DNA of 64,000 nt from the NCBI GenBank assembly GCA_964603585.1, contig CAZRVK010000005.1:90027-154026 (forward strand). The letters are read 5' to 3'. Origin of the DNA: an uncultured Planctomycetales bacterium (GTDB lineage Bacteria; Omnitrophota; Gorgyraeia; Gygaellales; Profunditerraquicolaceae). Made by a program: the position numbers and the translations under genes. This document shows positions 40,276 through 49,819 of the stretch, in pieces; position 1 is the first letter of the stretch; each line of letters starts with the position of its first letter. The notes below the pieces were generated by a model. That model saw only the letters and a list, made by a program, of their open reading frames with translations. It did not search any database and was not told where the DNA came from.

Positions 40276-41799
40276 ATGCTGCCAAAAGGTTGGCTAAAGA
40301 AAAATTATTTATTAGTGGCCTTTATCCTGGCGCTGGTTTTCAGCGCATTCCTGCATTTTCGAGGCCTTGGCGGCGTAACCATCCTGGACGATGATGAATC
40401 CCGGGCCTTTGTCCTCCAAGGGAGCGGCCCGTTAATCTATTTTATCTGCCGTCCATTTTATCTTTTATCCGGGCGTGATCAAGCCAGCGCGTTCTATATC
40501 GCCGCACTCCTTGGTTTTATCAATATCATTTTGTTTTATCTTCTCTGCCGCAAGTTGTTCGATAAGGACCTTTCGAAACTGGCGGCCATAATCTATGCCT
40601 TGTATCCTGTGCGCATGAATTACGCGCGCACTTTATATCCGGCGGTATTCATAGAAAGCGCGTTCTTATTAGCCCTGCTTTTTCTATTTTCGGGCTTAAA
40701 CACGCGTAAATCATGGCAGGGATTTGTTTTTGGGGTATCTACTGTCGCTATTTTCTTCATGCATTATTCCGGTTACGCCCTGGTCATTGCTCTGATATTG
40801 GCAGTGATAGGATTAGGCATATGGCGTAAGTATTTTCGATTGAGCCGTGAGTTTATCCTGGGGCTGGTTGCTGGCTGTTTCATCCCTTTGGTGTTGATAA
40901 TCTGGTTTTGGCCGGGTAATGATTATTTACAGCAGGTTGTCCAATTTATGGGAAGGTATAAGAGTTATATGACGCATACCGGGACCCTTTTATATTTTAA
41001 CCGGGCGATCTTCCAGCAGATGTTTTCCTCCTGGCAGTATATCTTTATCAGCCTGGTTACTGCGGTTTCATGTTTATTTGTGTCAGTATATCCCCGGGCT
41101 AAAAGGAATAAAACCCTGGATTTGTTGCTGCTTATTTCATGTATTGCTTTGTTCATATTACAATTTGCGACTTTCTTAGGAAGGCATCCGCTTAACATAA
41201 GACACATAGTTTGGCTGGTTTCCCTCTACTCTGTGTGCATAGCACAGTGCATTTTCTTTTTATTATCCCGAAGGCGAGCCTTTGTGAAAATAACTGCAGG
41301 GGTGGTTCTTGTTTTATTCATTTGCGTTACGGCGCAGGAGAGTTATCAGATCACGGCTGAAACCTTTACTTTGACCCCGATCAAGGATTGGCTTAAGGGA
41401 AATAATATCCTCAAACGCCAGGTTATTACTTCATGGTGGATGCTTAACCGCGCTGGTGAGATAGACGGCGTATCACTTGTTCCAACCGCGTTCCAGGATA
41501 ACGGCGGCTCTTTTGAGTTTGGGATTCTCTGGCCGCTTGTATTTGAGGCATACCGCAAAGGCAGCTGTAAATATATCCTTACTTCGGGAATAAGCGGAAG
41601 GTTTTGCCTTGGAGAAGGGGATATAATGCTTAAATATGTTGATCCTGTTATGTCATGGCCGCATCCATATTCTAAATTCAAACGCCGGCCGTTTTATGAG
41701 CCAAAAGAGGTCAATATAAGTCTTTACCGCTTGGATGATGTTTTCTCGGAATGGAATATCAATACTATACAGTTTAACGCAAGAAGAGACCCGGGCTAA
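40276..41799 (+). CDS. GT-C fold membrane glycosyltransferase (PMT/ArnT, GT39/GT83-like), paralogue A
   Basis: Multi-TM N-domain with a first-loop acidic motif 'ILDDDESRAF' typical of GT-C enzymes. C-terminal soluble domain. Paralogous to 57486-59030. Confidence 0.6.
   Translation: MLPKGWLKKNYLLVAFILALVFSAFLHFRGLGGVTILDDDESRAFVLQGSGPLIYFICRPFYLLSGRDQASAFYIAALLGFINIILFYLLCRKLFDKDLSKLAAIIYALYPVRMNYARTLYPAVFIESAFLLALLFLFSGLNTRKSWQGFVFGVSTVAIFFMHYSGYALVIALILAVIGLGIWRKYFRLSREFILGLVAGCFIPLVLIIWFWPGNDYLQQVVQFMGRYKSYMTHTGTLLYFNRAIFQQMFSSWQYIFISLVTAVSCLFVSVYPRAKRNKTLDLLLLISCIALFILQFATFLGRHPLNIRHIVWLVSLYSVCIAQCIFFLLSRRRAFVKITAGVVLVLFICVTAQESYQITAETFTLTPIKDWLKGNNILKRQVITSWWMLNRAGEIDGVSLVPTAFQDNGGSFEFGILWPLVFEAYRKGSCKYILTSGISGRFCLGEGDIMLKYVDPVMSWPHPYSKFKRRPFYEPKEVNISLYRLDDVFSEWNINTIQFNARRDPG
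40474..40815. repeat. 342-bp tract 100% identical to 57684-58025 (copy 1), internal to GT-C paralogue A
   Basis: Base-by-base comparison: 342/342 identical. The flanking 5' 145 bp are about 92% identical and the 3' flank diverges to about 70%. Confidence 0.9.
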
Positions 41800-41807
41800 G
41801 CATATTA

Positions 41808-43048
41808 ATATGTATAAAGTAATAGAAAAGTGCAGGATTTGCGGAAACCCTGATTTGGTTGAGGTTGTTAATTTAGGCAAGATGATGTTAACGGGTGTTT
41901 TTCCCAGATCAAGATCAGAAGGCATCACTTTCGGCCCGGTTAGCCTGGTGAAGTGCTTTGGCTCTACGCAAGCCTGCGGCCTGCTCCAGTTAAAACAATC
42001 ATATGATCCTGCCCAGTTATACGGGACAAATTACGGGTATCGTTCGGGACTTAATCGCAGTATGGTGGAACATCTGCATAGAAGGGTTGACCATATTTTG
42101 GATATGGTCAAGATTAAAAAGGGTGACCTTGTCATCGATATCGGCAGTAATGACGGGACAATGCTTTCGGTTTATCCTCCAGGTGAGTTTGATCTTGTGG
42201 GGTTTGATCCTGTCGCTGTTAAGTTTAAAGGGTTTTATGCCCCACGGATCAACCTCGTTTTCGACTTCTTTTCTAAAGATATATTAGCCAGGGACTTTAA
42301 GGATAAAAAGGCAAAGATCATTACCTCGTTTTCCATGTTTTATGACTTGGAATGCCCGCTTTCTTTTATGCGAGGAATTTCTGAATCCTTAGATCAAGAA
42401 GGGATCTGGCTGTTTGAACAGAGTTATATGCCGCTGATGTTAAAGAAGATATCTTTTGATACGATCTGCCAGGAACATCTGGAATATTATGCCTTAAAAC
42501 AGGTAAAATGGATGGCGGATAAGGCCGGACTAAAGATCATTGGGGTTGAGTTCAATGATATTAACGGAGGAAGTTTTTCTGTAACCGCGGCCAAAAGCAC
42601 TTCTTCTTATCCCGAAGCCGCTGATCTCGCCTGGCTTGTGGAGCAGGAAAGGCTTGCAGGACTTGATCTTTTGGATACCTATCATGAGTTTTCCAAAGAT
42701 ATTGAGAAAGCCAAGAAGGATTTGTGTGATTTTATCAATAAGGTTAAAGCTGAAGGGAAAAAGATCTTTGGGCTTGGGGCGTCCACAAAGGGCAATGTTA
42801 TCCTGCAATATTGCGGGATCACGGATAAGGATATCCCTTTTATTGGCGAGGTCAATCCCGAGAAATTTGCGGCCTACACTCCTGGAACATTTATCCCGAT
42901 CATCCCGGAAGATGATTTATTAGCGATGTTCCCGGATTACCTTTTGGTTCTGCCGTGGCATTTTAAGGATTTTTTCCTTAAAAGCCCTAAATTCAAGAAC
43001 ACTAAACTGGTATTTCCTTTGCCTGAAATAGAGGTTGTAGAAGCGTAG
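41808..43048 (+). CDS. NDP-hexose C-methyltransferase-like protein (TylCIII/NovU family: N-terminal Zn-binding domain, SAM MTase, C-MTase C-domain)
   Basis: N-terminal 'CRICGNPDLVEVVNLG' zinc-ribbon domain (Methyltransf_13-like). Class I SAM fold 'VIDIGSNDGT'. C-terminal domain of about 150 aa. Confidence 0.65.
43007..43048. repeat. 42-bp 3' end of the C-methyltransferase gene, duplicated imperfectly (36/42) at 44502-44543
   Basis: 'ctggtatttcctttgcctgaaatagaggttgtagaagcgtag' versus 'ctggtgttttctttgcctgaaatcgaggttgtataagtatag'. Both end in TAG. The pair brackets the B12-rSAM gene exactly. Confidence 0.75.
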
Positions 43049-44500
43049 ATGGCGAACATACTGCTGATTTCAATAAACGATTTTAATGCGGAGGGATTGC
43101 GTATTCTGTCTGCAGTGCTGAAGAATAACCAGCATCAAGCTCATATCGGTTTTATTAAGAGCTACGATATAGGCAAGAAAGCCGAGGAATATGATTGGAC
43201 CGGGATAGATAATACAGGCCGGGAGTTCCGGTATGCCCGAGGCTCTGCGATCAGTGATACGGAAAAAACGATCCTTCTGTCTTTGATCCGGGATATCGGC
43301 CCAGGGATAATCGGTATTTCAGTGACCACGCCATTAAGAAAGACAGCCGCAGAAGTTTCTATGTTGATTAAAGGCAGCTTTAAGACACCGGTTATTTGGG
43401 GAGGAGTTGATCCGACGATCAATCCGCGTGAATGCCTGTCTTATTGTGATTTTGTTTGTATAGGAGAAGGCGAGAGGAGTATTGTTGATATCGCCTCATT
43501 ACTGGACCAAAATCGCGATATTCGTCAGGTAAATAATTTAGCGTACTTGGCCGGGAGCGAGTTGATTAAAAACCGTCTTTATCCTTTGATCCCTGATTTA
43601 GCCAGCCTTCCGTTTAAGGATATAGATAGTAACGGTAAGTTCCTGATCGAAGATAATTCATTGCTGAAGGATTTTAATATAGCAAGTTACACGAATAACC
43701 ATTCCTATCATATCATGAGCGCCAGGGGCTGTCCTTATCGATGCGCATATTGCTGTGAAGATTTCTATAAGGAATTATATGACAATCAGGTGTTCTTAAG
43801 AAGAAGGACTCCTGTTCACGTGGTGAACGAGTTGAAGAAAGCAAAAGAAATCCTGGGGTATAAACATGTTATATTCCAGGATGAGGTGTTCTCCTGTGAT
43901 TATGAATGGCTCCGGGAGTTCAGCGCTATGTATAAAAAACAGGTCAGCAGTGAATTCGCATGCAATATTTATCCAAATAAAGATATTGAAAAATATGTGA
44001 AGGTCCTGAAAGAGACGGGACTGATTTTTGCTTGTTTAGGGTTACAGTCAGGCAGCCAGGCAATAAACAGCAAGGTATTTAACCGGGTGTTTGACCGCCA
44101 GCTGTTCATAAAAACCGCGAATTTACTGCATTCTGCGGGGATAGGTTATTACGTTGATGTTATAACCTTCAATCCGTTTGAACAGGAAAAAGACCTGCAA
44201 TCGACTTTAAGTGTGCTCAAAGAACTGCCGAAACCGTTTAGTTTGTGCGTCAATAAATTATATGCCTGTAAAGGTACCCGGATACACGGATTGCTGCAGG
44301 GTTATAAGAGATCCCGGGGAGAAAAACCCCTCCGGGAAGGCGTTTTTATATATTATAGCTGCCTGTTCTGGCTGGCAGTGAATCACAGCAAGGCACTGGT
44401 TGGATTAATAGATAATATGCGGATATTTAAATATCTGGTGTCCTTACTGCATCGCTTCCGGAAAATAAGATCTAGGTGTCTGTCAATTCAAGGGCATTAA
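43049..44500 (+). CDS. B12-binding domain radical SAM protein (class B rSAM, putative C-methyltransferase)
   Basis: N-terminal cobalamin-binding Rossmann-like domain followed by the radical SAM 'CPYRCAYC' (CxxxCxxC) motif. The ATG abuts the preceding stop codon. Confidence 0.8.
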   Translation: MANILLISINDFNAEGLRILSAVLKNNQHQAHIGFIKSYDIGKKAEEYDWTGIDNTGREFRYARGSAISDTEKTILLSLIRDIGPGIIGISVTTPLRKTAAEVSMLIKGSFKTPVIWGGVDPTINPRECLSYCDFVCIGEGERSIVDIASLLDQNRDIRQVNNLAYLAGSELIKNRLYPLIPDLASLPFKDIDSNGKFLIEDNSLLKDFNIASYTNNHSYHIMSARGCPYRCAYCCEDFYKELYDNQVFLRRRTPVHVVNELKKAKEILGYKHVIFQDEVFSCDYEWLREFSAMYKKQVSSEFACNIYPNKDIEKYVKVLKETGLIFACLGLQSGSQAINSKVFNRVFDRQLFIKTANLLHSAGIGYYVDVITFNPFEQEKDLQSTLSVLKELPKPFSLCVNKLYACKGTRIHGLLQGYKRSRGEKPLREGVFIYYSCLFWLAVNHSKALVGLIDNMRIFKYLVSLLHRFRKIRSRCLSIQGH

Positions 44501-44501
44501 G

Positions 44502-44543
44502 CTGGTGTTTTCTTTGCCTGAAATCGAGGTTGTATAAGTATAG
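44502..44543. repeat. Relic copy of the C-methyltransferase 3' end (see 43007-43048)
   Basis: Direct sequence comparison. Lies in non-coding DNA after the rSAM stop. Confidence 0.75.
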
Positions 44544-44589
44544 GCGGATAAAATAATTCCGGGTTCGATCCATATATTTTTATATTAAT

Positions 44590-45657
44590 ATGATTTTCAA
44601 CTGGGGTTGTATTTTTCATTCATTGGTCCTGACAGTTTCTTTTGTGTTTTCTTTTATCCTGGCAAGAAGGAACAGGTCTTTTTGGGCCTTTCTTTTTAGC
44701 TTGGGTATTGGTTTATTGCTTTTTGAGCTGGCAATAGCATTAATGCTATATTTTCCTCTGTTTGCCAGGTTAGGGCCGCGGGGGTTCCTGCGGAATATAT
44801 ATATGAGTGGGTATCGAAATATAATCCAGCTGGAACCGGAGTTTGCCCGTTACGATCCATATCTCAAATATACCCTCAAACCGGGAGTTTTTCTGTTCCG
44901 CAACCCGGAATTTGCTAATGAGTTCAGGGTTAACAGCCTTGGGGTACGTGACGATGAATTCTCTTCAGAGTCTCCCGAAATAGTCGTAGTAGGGGATTCC
45001 TTGCCCATGGGCTGGGGAGTTGGCCAGGATCAAACATTCGCTCAAGTGCTCGAACAATCAAGCGGGTTAAAAGTCTTGAATGCCGCTGTTTCTTCTTACA
45101 GTACTGTAGAAGCTCTGCGCATAATCGATAGAATAGATATTTCAAAGGCAAAATACCTCATTATCGCTTATGGGCATGGCAAGTATTTCGAGAACCTTGG
45201 TTACTATAAGGCGCAGGACAAGTTCAAGGTCTTGAGCCGTAAAGAATACGAGCAGGCATCGGACAGTTATCACAAGCTGAAAGAATACTTGCCAATGAAA
45301 TATACAAGCCTTGCCTTCCTGGAATTAAGAAACAGATTGTTCCATATTTCGCCTCCTGTAATTTCTATACCTATGGAGACAGAGGCGAAAGTTTTTCTAA
45401 ACGCCGTTGTTAAGGCAAGCCATAAGGATTTAAGCGGGATTAAAATAATTGTTTTATGCGAGAAAGATTTTGTCGAACCATTAAAAAGAGCTGTTGCCGC
45501 ATTTAAAACGCCCGGGCATTTTATAAGGGGGGTGACAATTATTGGTCAGCCGGAAATAATAGGCGATCGTGCATATATCCTTGATGATCATCCGACAGCC
45601 GAGTGGCATAAAGCTGTTGCCGTTGAAATAGCCGGGATTTTGAGGGAAAATGGTTAG
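44590..45657 (+). CDS. Membrane-anchored SGNH/GDSL-fold hydrolase/acyltransferase-like protein (paralogue 1)
   Basis: Two N-terminal TM helices. Block I 'VVVGDSLPMGWG' and block V 'DDHPT'. Confidence 0.55.
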   Translation: MIFNWGCIFHSLVLTVSFVFSFILARRNRSFWAFLFSLGIGLLLFELAIALMLYFPLFARLGPRGFLRNIYMSGYRNIIQLEPEFARYDPYLKYTLKPGVFLFRNPEFANEFRVNSLGVRDDEFSSESPEIVVVGDSLPMGWGVGQDQTFAQVLEQSSGLKVLNAAVSSYSTVEALRIIDRIDISKAKYLIIAYGHGKYFENLGYYKAQDKFKVLSRKEYEQASDSYHKLKEYLPMKYTSLAFLELRNRLFHISPPVISIPMETEAKVFLNAVVKASHKDLSGIKIIVLCEKDFVEPLKRAVAAFKTPGHFIRGVTIIGQPEIIGDRAYILDDHPTAEWHKAVAVEIAGILRENG

Positions 45658-45676
45658 TAAGGGATAAAGATTTGGG

Positions 45677-45711
45677 GCGGCAGGCAATTTCCCCTGCCGC
45701 TTTTACTTCTT
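45677..45711. terminator. Rho-independent terminator between convergent genes (8-bp GC stem GCGGCAGG/CCTGCCGC, 8-nt loop, T-tract)
   Basis: The hairpin is followed by 'TTTTACTTCTT' on the + strand. It lies directly downstream of the stops of both 44590-45657 (+) and 45703-46899 (-). Confidence 0.6.
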
Positions 45712-46899
45712 ATATTCGGCCAGAAAAATATCCGCCATTAAACGATGGCCTTTTTCATTAAAATGCATGTCGTCTTTAATGAAATATTCACTAACGGCCG
45801 GTTGCGCGCTGGTTTCTTTATCGCCGTCTACGAAGTAGGGGAAAGAGTTGATAAAATCCACCTTGCGCTTTTTACACCATTGGCTCCAGTGTTTGGCATG
45901 GATCGAGTCCAGATCATGATGGATGACTTGTAGCGGCCACGGGTAAACCACCACCGTAAGTTTGATCTTATTCTTTTTTAGCAGATCATACAGTTTATCC
46001 ATATAAAACTGCATTTCACGGATCCCTTGCTGGCCATATTCCCTATATAGTTTATCGTCAATTGTCCATGCGCTTATGTTATAAATGTCAACATCTCTTT
46101 GCAGGGTAGTTTCTTCCTTTGGGGCAAAGTGGCTGTATAAATTACTTATAATCGTATATGATAGTATCGAATTATTTTTGAAACTGGCTTTAAACCTTCT
46201 CCACAGGGTCATATAGTATCCTTCGGTTTTATCAATTGTGCATGCCGGCACGTATCCTTGCGCATCAGACCAGACAACGTTGCCGCTTTCGTCCAAAGAA
46301 TAGTTTGTTGCTTCATTAGCCGCGTCGCTTATATCCAGGAAAACGGCTAACCGGTCGAATTTTAAACCGGCATCTTCGATAAGATACTTTATCTTTCTCC
46401 AGTAGATGATCGGCGAATATGAGCTTACCCCGGCATTGAGTACTTCGATGTTTTCTTTGGATAATGCTGTATCGATCAGCCCGGCAAATGTATGTTCATA
46501 ATTTATGCCTAATCCTTCCGTAAAAGAGTCTCCGATAAGGACAAGGCGAATGTTCTCCGGGATCAAAGGGATCTGTCTTGTTGATTTGTCCCGGAATCCC
46601 AGGGAATTGGTATAATAATCTGACCTGTTGCATCCCCAAATGACCCCGAGAACGGTTTTATTTTTGGCCAGGTCATGATGGTATAGTTTCGATTGCTCCC
46701 GGTAAGCTTTTTCCAGCCTTTTATACTCGATATTGTGACGTTCTTCTTGTCTTGCCGCCCAGGAATACCCGTGCATGAACCTGTAGATATTGGCGCTTAA
46801 GTAATCAAGGGTAAGAGCGGTTATTATAAGAAAACACAGGATTGTTTTCTTGGGATGGCGTTCGAATAGGGCGGAATTACTATTTTTCTTGTTTTCCAT
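45703..46899 (-). CDS. Membrane-anchored SGNH/GDSL-fold protein (paralogue 2)
   Basis: N-terminal TM. 'LVLIGDSFTEGLG' block I and 'DDMHFN' block V. Confidence 0.55.
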   Translation of the reverse strand: MENKKNSNSALFERHPKKTILCFLIITALTLDYLSANIYRFMHGYSWAARQEERHNIEYKRLEKAYREQSKLYHHDLAKNKTVLGVIWGCNRSDYYTNSLGFRDKSTRQIPLIPENIRLVLIGDSFTEGLGINYEHTFAGLIDTALSKENIEVLNAGVSSYSPIIYWRKIKYLIEDAGLKFDRLAVFLDISDAANEATNYSLDESGNVVWSDAQGYVPACTIDKTEGYYMTLWRRFKASFKNNSILSYTIISNLYSHFAPKEETTLQRDVDIYNISAWTIDDKLYREYGQQGIREMQFYMDKLYDLLKKNKIKLTVVVYPWPLQVIHHDLDSIHAKHWSQWCKKRKVDFINSFPYFVDGDKETSAQPAVSEYFIKDDMHFNEKGHRLMADIFLAEYKK

Positions 46900-47052
46900 G
46901 CGGCTCCGTCTGCCTGGCGGTTTATCAGTTGCGCCAGGGGGGTATCTTTAATATATTATTATACACTGCAATTTAAGATATTTAAAGGCTTTAAGCCGTA
47001 TCCTGTGGAGAAATGCGATGTGATAATCTGTCCGGAATAAGGCAAAGATGCT

Positions 47053-47080
47053 TTGAATTTATGGCGGATAGCAGTATAAT
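47053..47080 (+). promoter_or_regulatory. Candidate sigma70 promoter (TTGAAT, 16-bp spacer, TATAAT) for the wzm-wzt-GT operon
   Basis: Located in the 245-bp divergent gap. An 'AAAGGAG' RBS precedes the ATG at 47145. Confidence 0.4.
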
Positions 47081-47144
47081 TAGCTCAAACAGCAGTTAAG
47101 CGGTGACTGCCTGTAAATAAATTGTCCCCGTATAAAGGAGATGT

Positions 47145-47927
47145 ATGTTTTCAAAAACCGGCGGTTTCTTAAAGTATTGGCAGTTGGTGTTTGTGTTTTC
47201 GGTTACATTCACTAAAATCCGGTATAAACAAACCTATCTGCGTTTTGCCTGGACGATGATCCAGCCTGTTTTTTCCCTGTTTGTGTTTACCTTTATTTTC
47301 GCCAAAATGGCTAAATTTCCTTCTGAAGGAGTGGCGTATCCGGCGCTTATTATAGCGGCGATCATCCCTTGGGCATTTTTTGCTTCTTCGGTCTCTTCCG
47401 GGGTAACTATTCTTTCCGATAACTTCAGCCTGATAACGCGGATAAACTTCCCTAAATCCACTTTGGTCCTCGGTACTATTCTTTCTAATCTTTATGATTT
47501 ACTGATATCTTTGGTCATAATGGTGGCAGTGTTTAAGGCCTATGATGTGCATCTGGGGGTTTACGCCTTCCTTTTTATCCCCATACTGATAATCCAGATA
47601 GTGTTTACCGCAGGAGTATGTTTAATAATTTCCGTAATTAACCTGTATTTAAAGGATATAAAGCATGCCATGGCGCTGATACTTCAAATATTAATGTTGG
47701 TCTCCCCGATAGGGTATTCTACCGGGATAATCCCGGAGGACTTAAGGGGGATTTATTTTCTTAACCCTATGGCGGGTTTAATCGAGAGTTACCGCTATGC
47801 ACTTTTGCATAACAGCCCTTTGGTTTGGGAGGATTTCTTTATGGCAGTGTTTATTTCCGGATTGACTTTATTGACCGGATATATAGTGTTTAAGAAAAAT
47901 GAGCCTATCCTTGCGGATATAGTTTGA
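47145..47927 (+). CDS. ABC-2 type polysaccharide export permease (Wzm/TagG-like)
   Basis: 6-TM ABC-2 permease pattern. 260 aa. Adjacent to the ATPase. Confidence 0.8.
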   Translation: MFSKTGGFLKYWQLVFVFSVTFTKIRYKQTYLRFAWTMIQPVFSLFVFTFIFAKMAKFPSEGVAYPALIIAAIIPWAFFASSVSSGVTILSDNFSLITRINFPKSTLVLGTILSNLYDLLISLVIMVAVFKAYDVHLGVYAFLFIPILIIQIVFTAGVCLIISVINLYLKDIKHAMALILQILMLVSPIGYSTGIIPEDLRGIYFLNPMAGLIESYRYALLHNSPLVWEDFFMAVFISGLTLLTGYIVFKKNEPILADIV

Positions 47928-47928
47928 T

Positions 47929-48636
47929 ATGATAAATACCGTCATTGAGTTCAAGAATGCTTCAAAGAGGTATCATTTACGGGAAAAGCTTTTTTCATCC
48001 CGGGATTACTTATGGGCTTTACGGGATATTTCTTTTACGGTCGCCAAAGGCGAATCCGTAGGACTGATCGGAGCAAACGGCGCCGGAAAGACTACGGTCA
48101 TGAGGCTGGTATCTTCTATTACCAGGCCTACAGAGGGAGAGGTGTCGGTTGCCGGTTTAGTAGTGCCGTTAATATCGGTTGAGGGAGCGGTTGATCTTAC
48201 CTTAACCTGCCGGGAGAATATTTATCTTATTTGTGCTTTATTCGGCCTTAATATGGCAGATATAAGAAAAGAAACGCCAGAGATCATCGAATTCGCCGGC
48301 CTTCGTGGTTTTGTCGATACGCAGCTTAAAAGGCTTTCGCGGGGGATGATCACACGCCTTTCGTTTTCGATATCCGTCCATGTGCCTGCGGATATCATGC
48401 TTATCGATGAAGTGCTGACTTTGGGAGATAGGGAATTCCAGGATAAATGTTTTACCAAGATCAATGAATATAAAAGATCGGGGAAAACCATAATATTCGT
48501 TTCGCATTCCATGGATGATCTAAGGAGAATCTGCGATAGGATAATCTGGTTTGATAAAGGAAGAATATTAAATGATGGCCCTAAGGACACTATTATAGAT
48601 GAATATTCCGCGGCCAAAGAAGATCCTCTTAGTTAG
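47929..48636 (+). CDS. ABC transporter ATP-binding protein (Wzt/TagH-like, short form without a carbohydrate-binding C-domain)
   Basis: Walker A 'GANGAGKTT', signature 'LSRGM', Walker B 'IMLIDEV'. Confidence 0.85.
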   Translation: MINTVIEFKNASKRYHLREKLFSSRDYLWALRDISFTVAKGESVGLIGANGAGKTTVMRLVSSITRPTEGEVSVAGLVVPLISVEGAVDLTLTCRENIYLICALFGLNMADIRKETPEIIEFAGLRGFVDTQLKRLSRGMITRLSFSISVHVPADIMLIDEVLTLGDREFQDKCFTKINEYKRSGKTIIFVSHSMDDLRRICDRIIWFDKGRILNDGPKDTIIDEYSAAKEDPLS

Positions 48637-49819
48637 CCATCTTTGCCGGGATAACTTCCTGGAAGGCGCAGGCCTTTATCTGCTGTGGCTGGGAGAAAAG
48701 ATCTCGCAATATGGTTTAGGGGAGCCGGTATTCTTATCTCCTGGCCCAGGCTCGGTCAATCGTTTGGCTGAAGTCTCCGGCCTTAAGCCTTTAATCAGGC
48801 ATTACGATCTATTCTGGGATATATGGAACTATGACCCGGATATTGAACGAAAGTTCTCTGATTTTGTCTGTACGAACGCTCTAACGGTCAAGGCCCTGCA
48901 GGAATTGTTCATTGCCAGCAAGATCGATCTTGTCGTGGTAAATTGCCTGGTTAACCCTTTGCCTGCGGTGGCAGCCAGCCGGCTGGGGATCCCGGTTATC
49001 TGGAATATCCACGAAACACTCGATCCATTTAATGGCGATAGGCATAAGATAATGAGGTTATTTAATCGCCGTCAGCATAAATCCGCGGTTTCGGGGATAC
49101 TAAGGAAGTTTTCCGTGCATCTAAATTTCGTATCAAACCTTTCTTTCGAGAGTTTTTCTTATAAGAATAACTTGCGCGGTCATTCAAGCATCATTCCACC
49201 ACCGGTAAGAGATTATCTTTTTCAGGACGCGCTTCTTTTTACTAAGAGGGAAGAACCGGAGATGCCTGTTATAGGATTTGCCGGTACGCATGTAAAACAT
49301 AAGGGGATAGAGGATTTCCTTAAGGCCGCGGGGGTGTTGATTGAAAATGGTTACCGGGTGAGGTTCCTGGTTTGCGGAGCAGATTCTTCGCAGGCATACC
49401 GTGTGCATCTTAAGGATCTTATAAGTAAATATAAATTAGAGGGGCATATCGAGATGCTTGGGCTTATAAGTGATATGCGTGGTTTTTACCGGAAGATCGA
49501 TATTTTCGTCATGCCTTCGTCTTATCTGGAGCCTTATGGGATGGTGGCCGCTGAAGCCATGGCATACGGGATCCCGGTCATTATTTATCGCAAATCCGGG
49601 GCAGGGGAGTTAATAAAGAATGGGGAGAATGGATTTTTGATCCGGGGTGATTATAGGTTGATAGTAAATGGCATCATCCGTTTATTAGAGGATGTGGAAT
49701 TGCGCCGGAATGTGGGAGTAATGGCATCTCGCAGCGTAAGGGAAAGGTTATCTCCGGACCGTATATTCGGGGAGTATCTAAATATCATCGAAAGATCACT
49801 GGCAACCGTCCGAAAATGA
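48599..49819 (+). CDS. GT-B glycosyltransferase (GT4 family)
   Basis: C-terminal 'EPYGMVAAEAMAYGIPVI' EX7E-type motif. Confidence 0.8.
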   Translation: MNIPRPKKILLVSHLCRDNFLEGAGLYLLWLGEKISQYGLGEPVFLSPGPGSVNRLAEVSGLKPLIRHYDLFWDIWNYDPDIERKFSDFVCTNALTVKALQELFIASKIDLVVVNCLVNPLPAVAASRLGIPVIWNIHETLDPFNGDRHKIMRLFNRRQHKSAVSGILRKFSVHLNFVSNLSFESFSYKNNLRGHSSIIPPPVRDYLFQDALLFTKREEPEMPVIGFAGTHVKHKGIEDFLKAAGVLIENGYRVRFLVCGADSSQAYRVHLKDLISKYKLEGHIEMLGLISDMRGFYRKIDIFVMPSSYLEPYGMVAAEAMAYGIPVIIYRKSGAGELIKNGENGFLIRGDYRLIVNGIIRLLEDVELRRNVGVMASRSVRERLSPDRIFGEYLNIIERSLATVRK

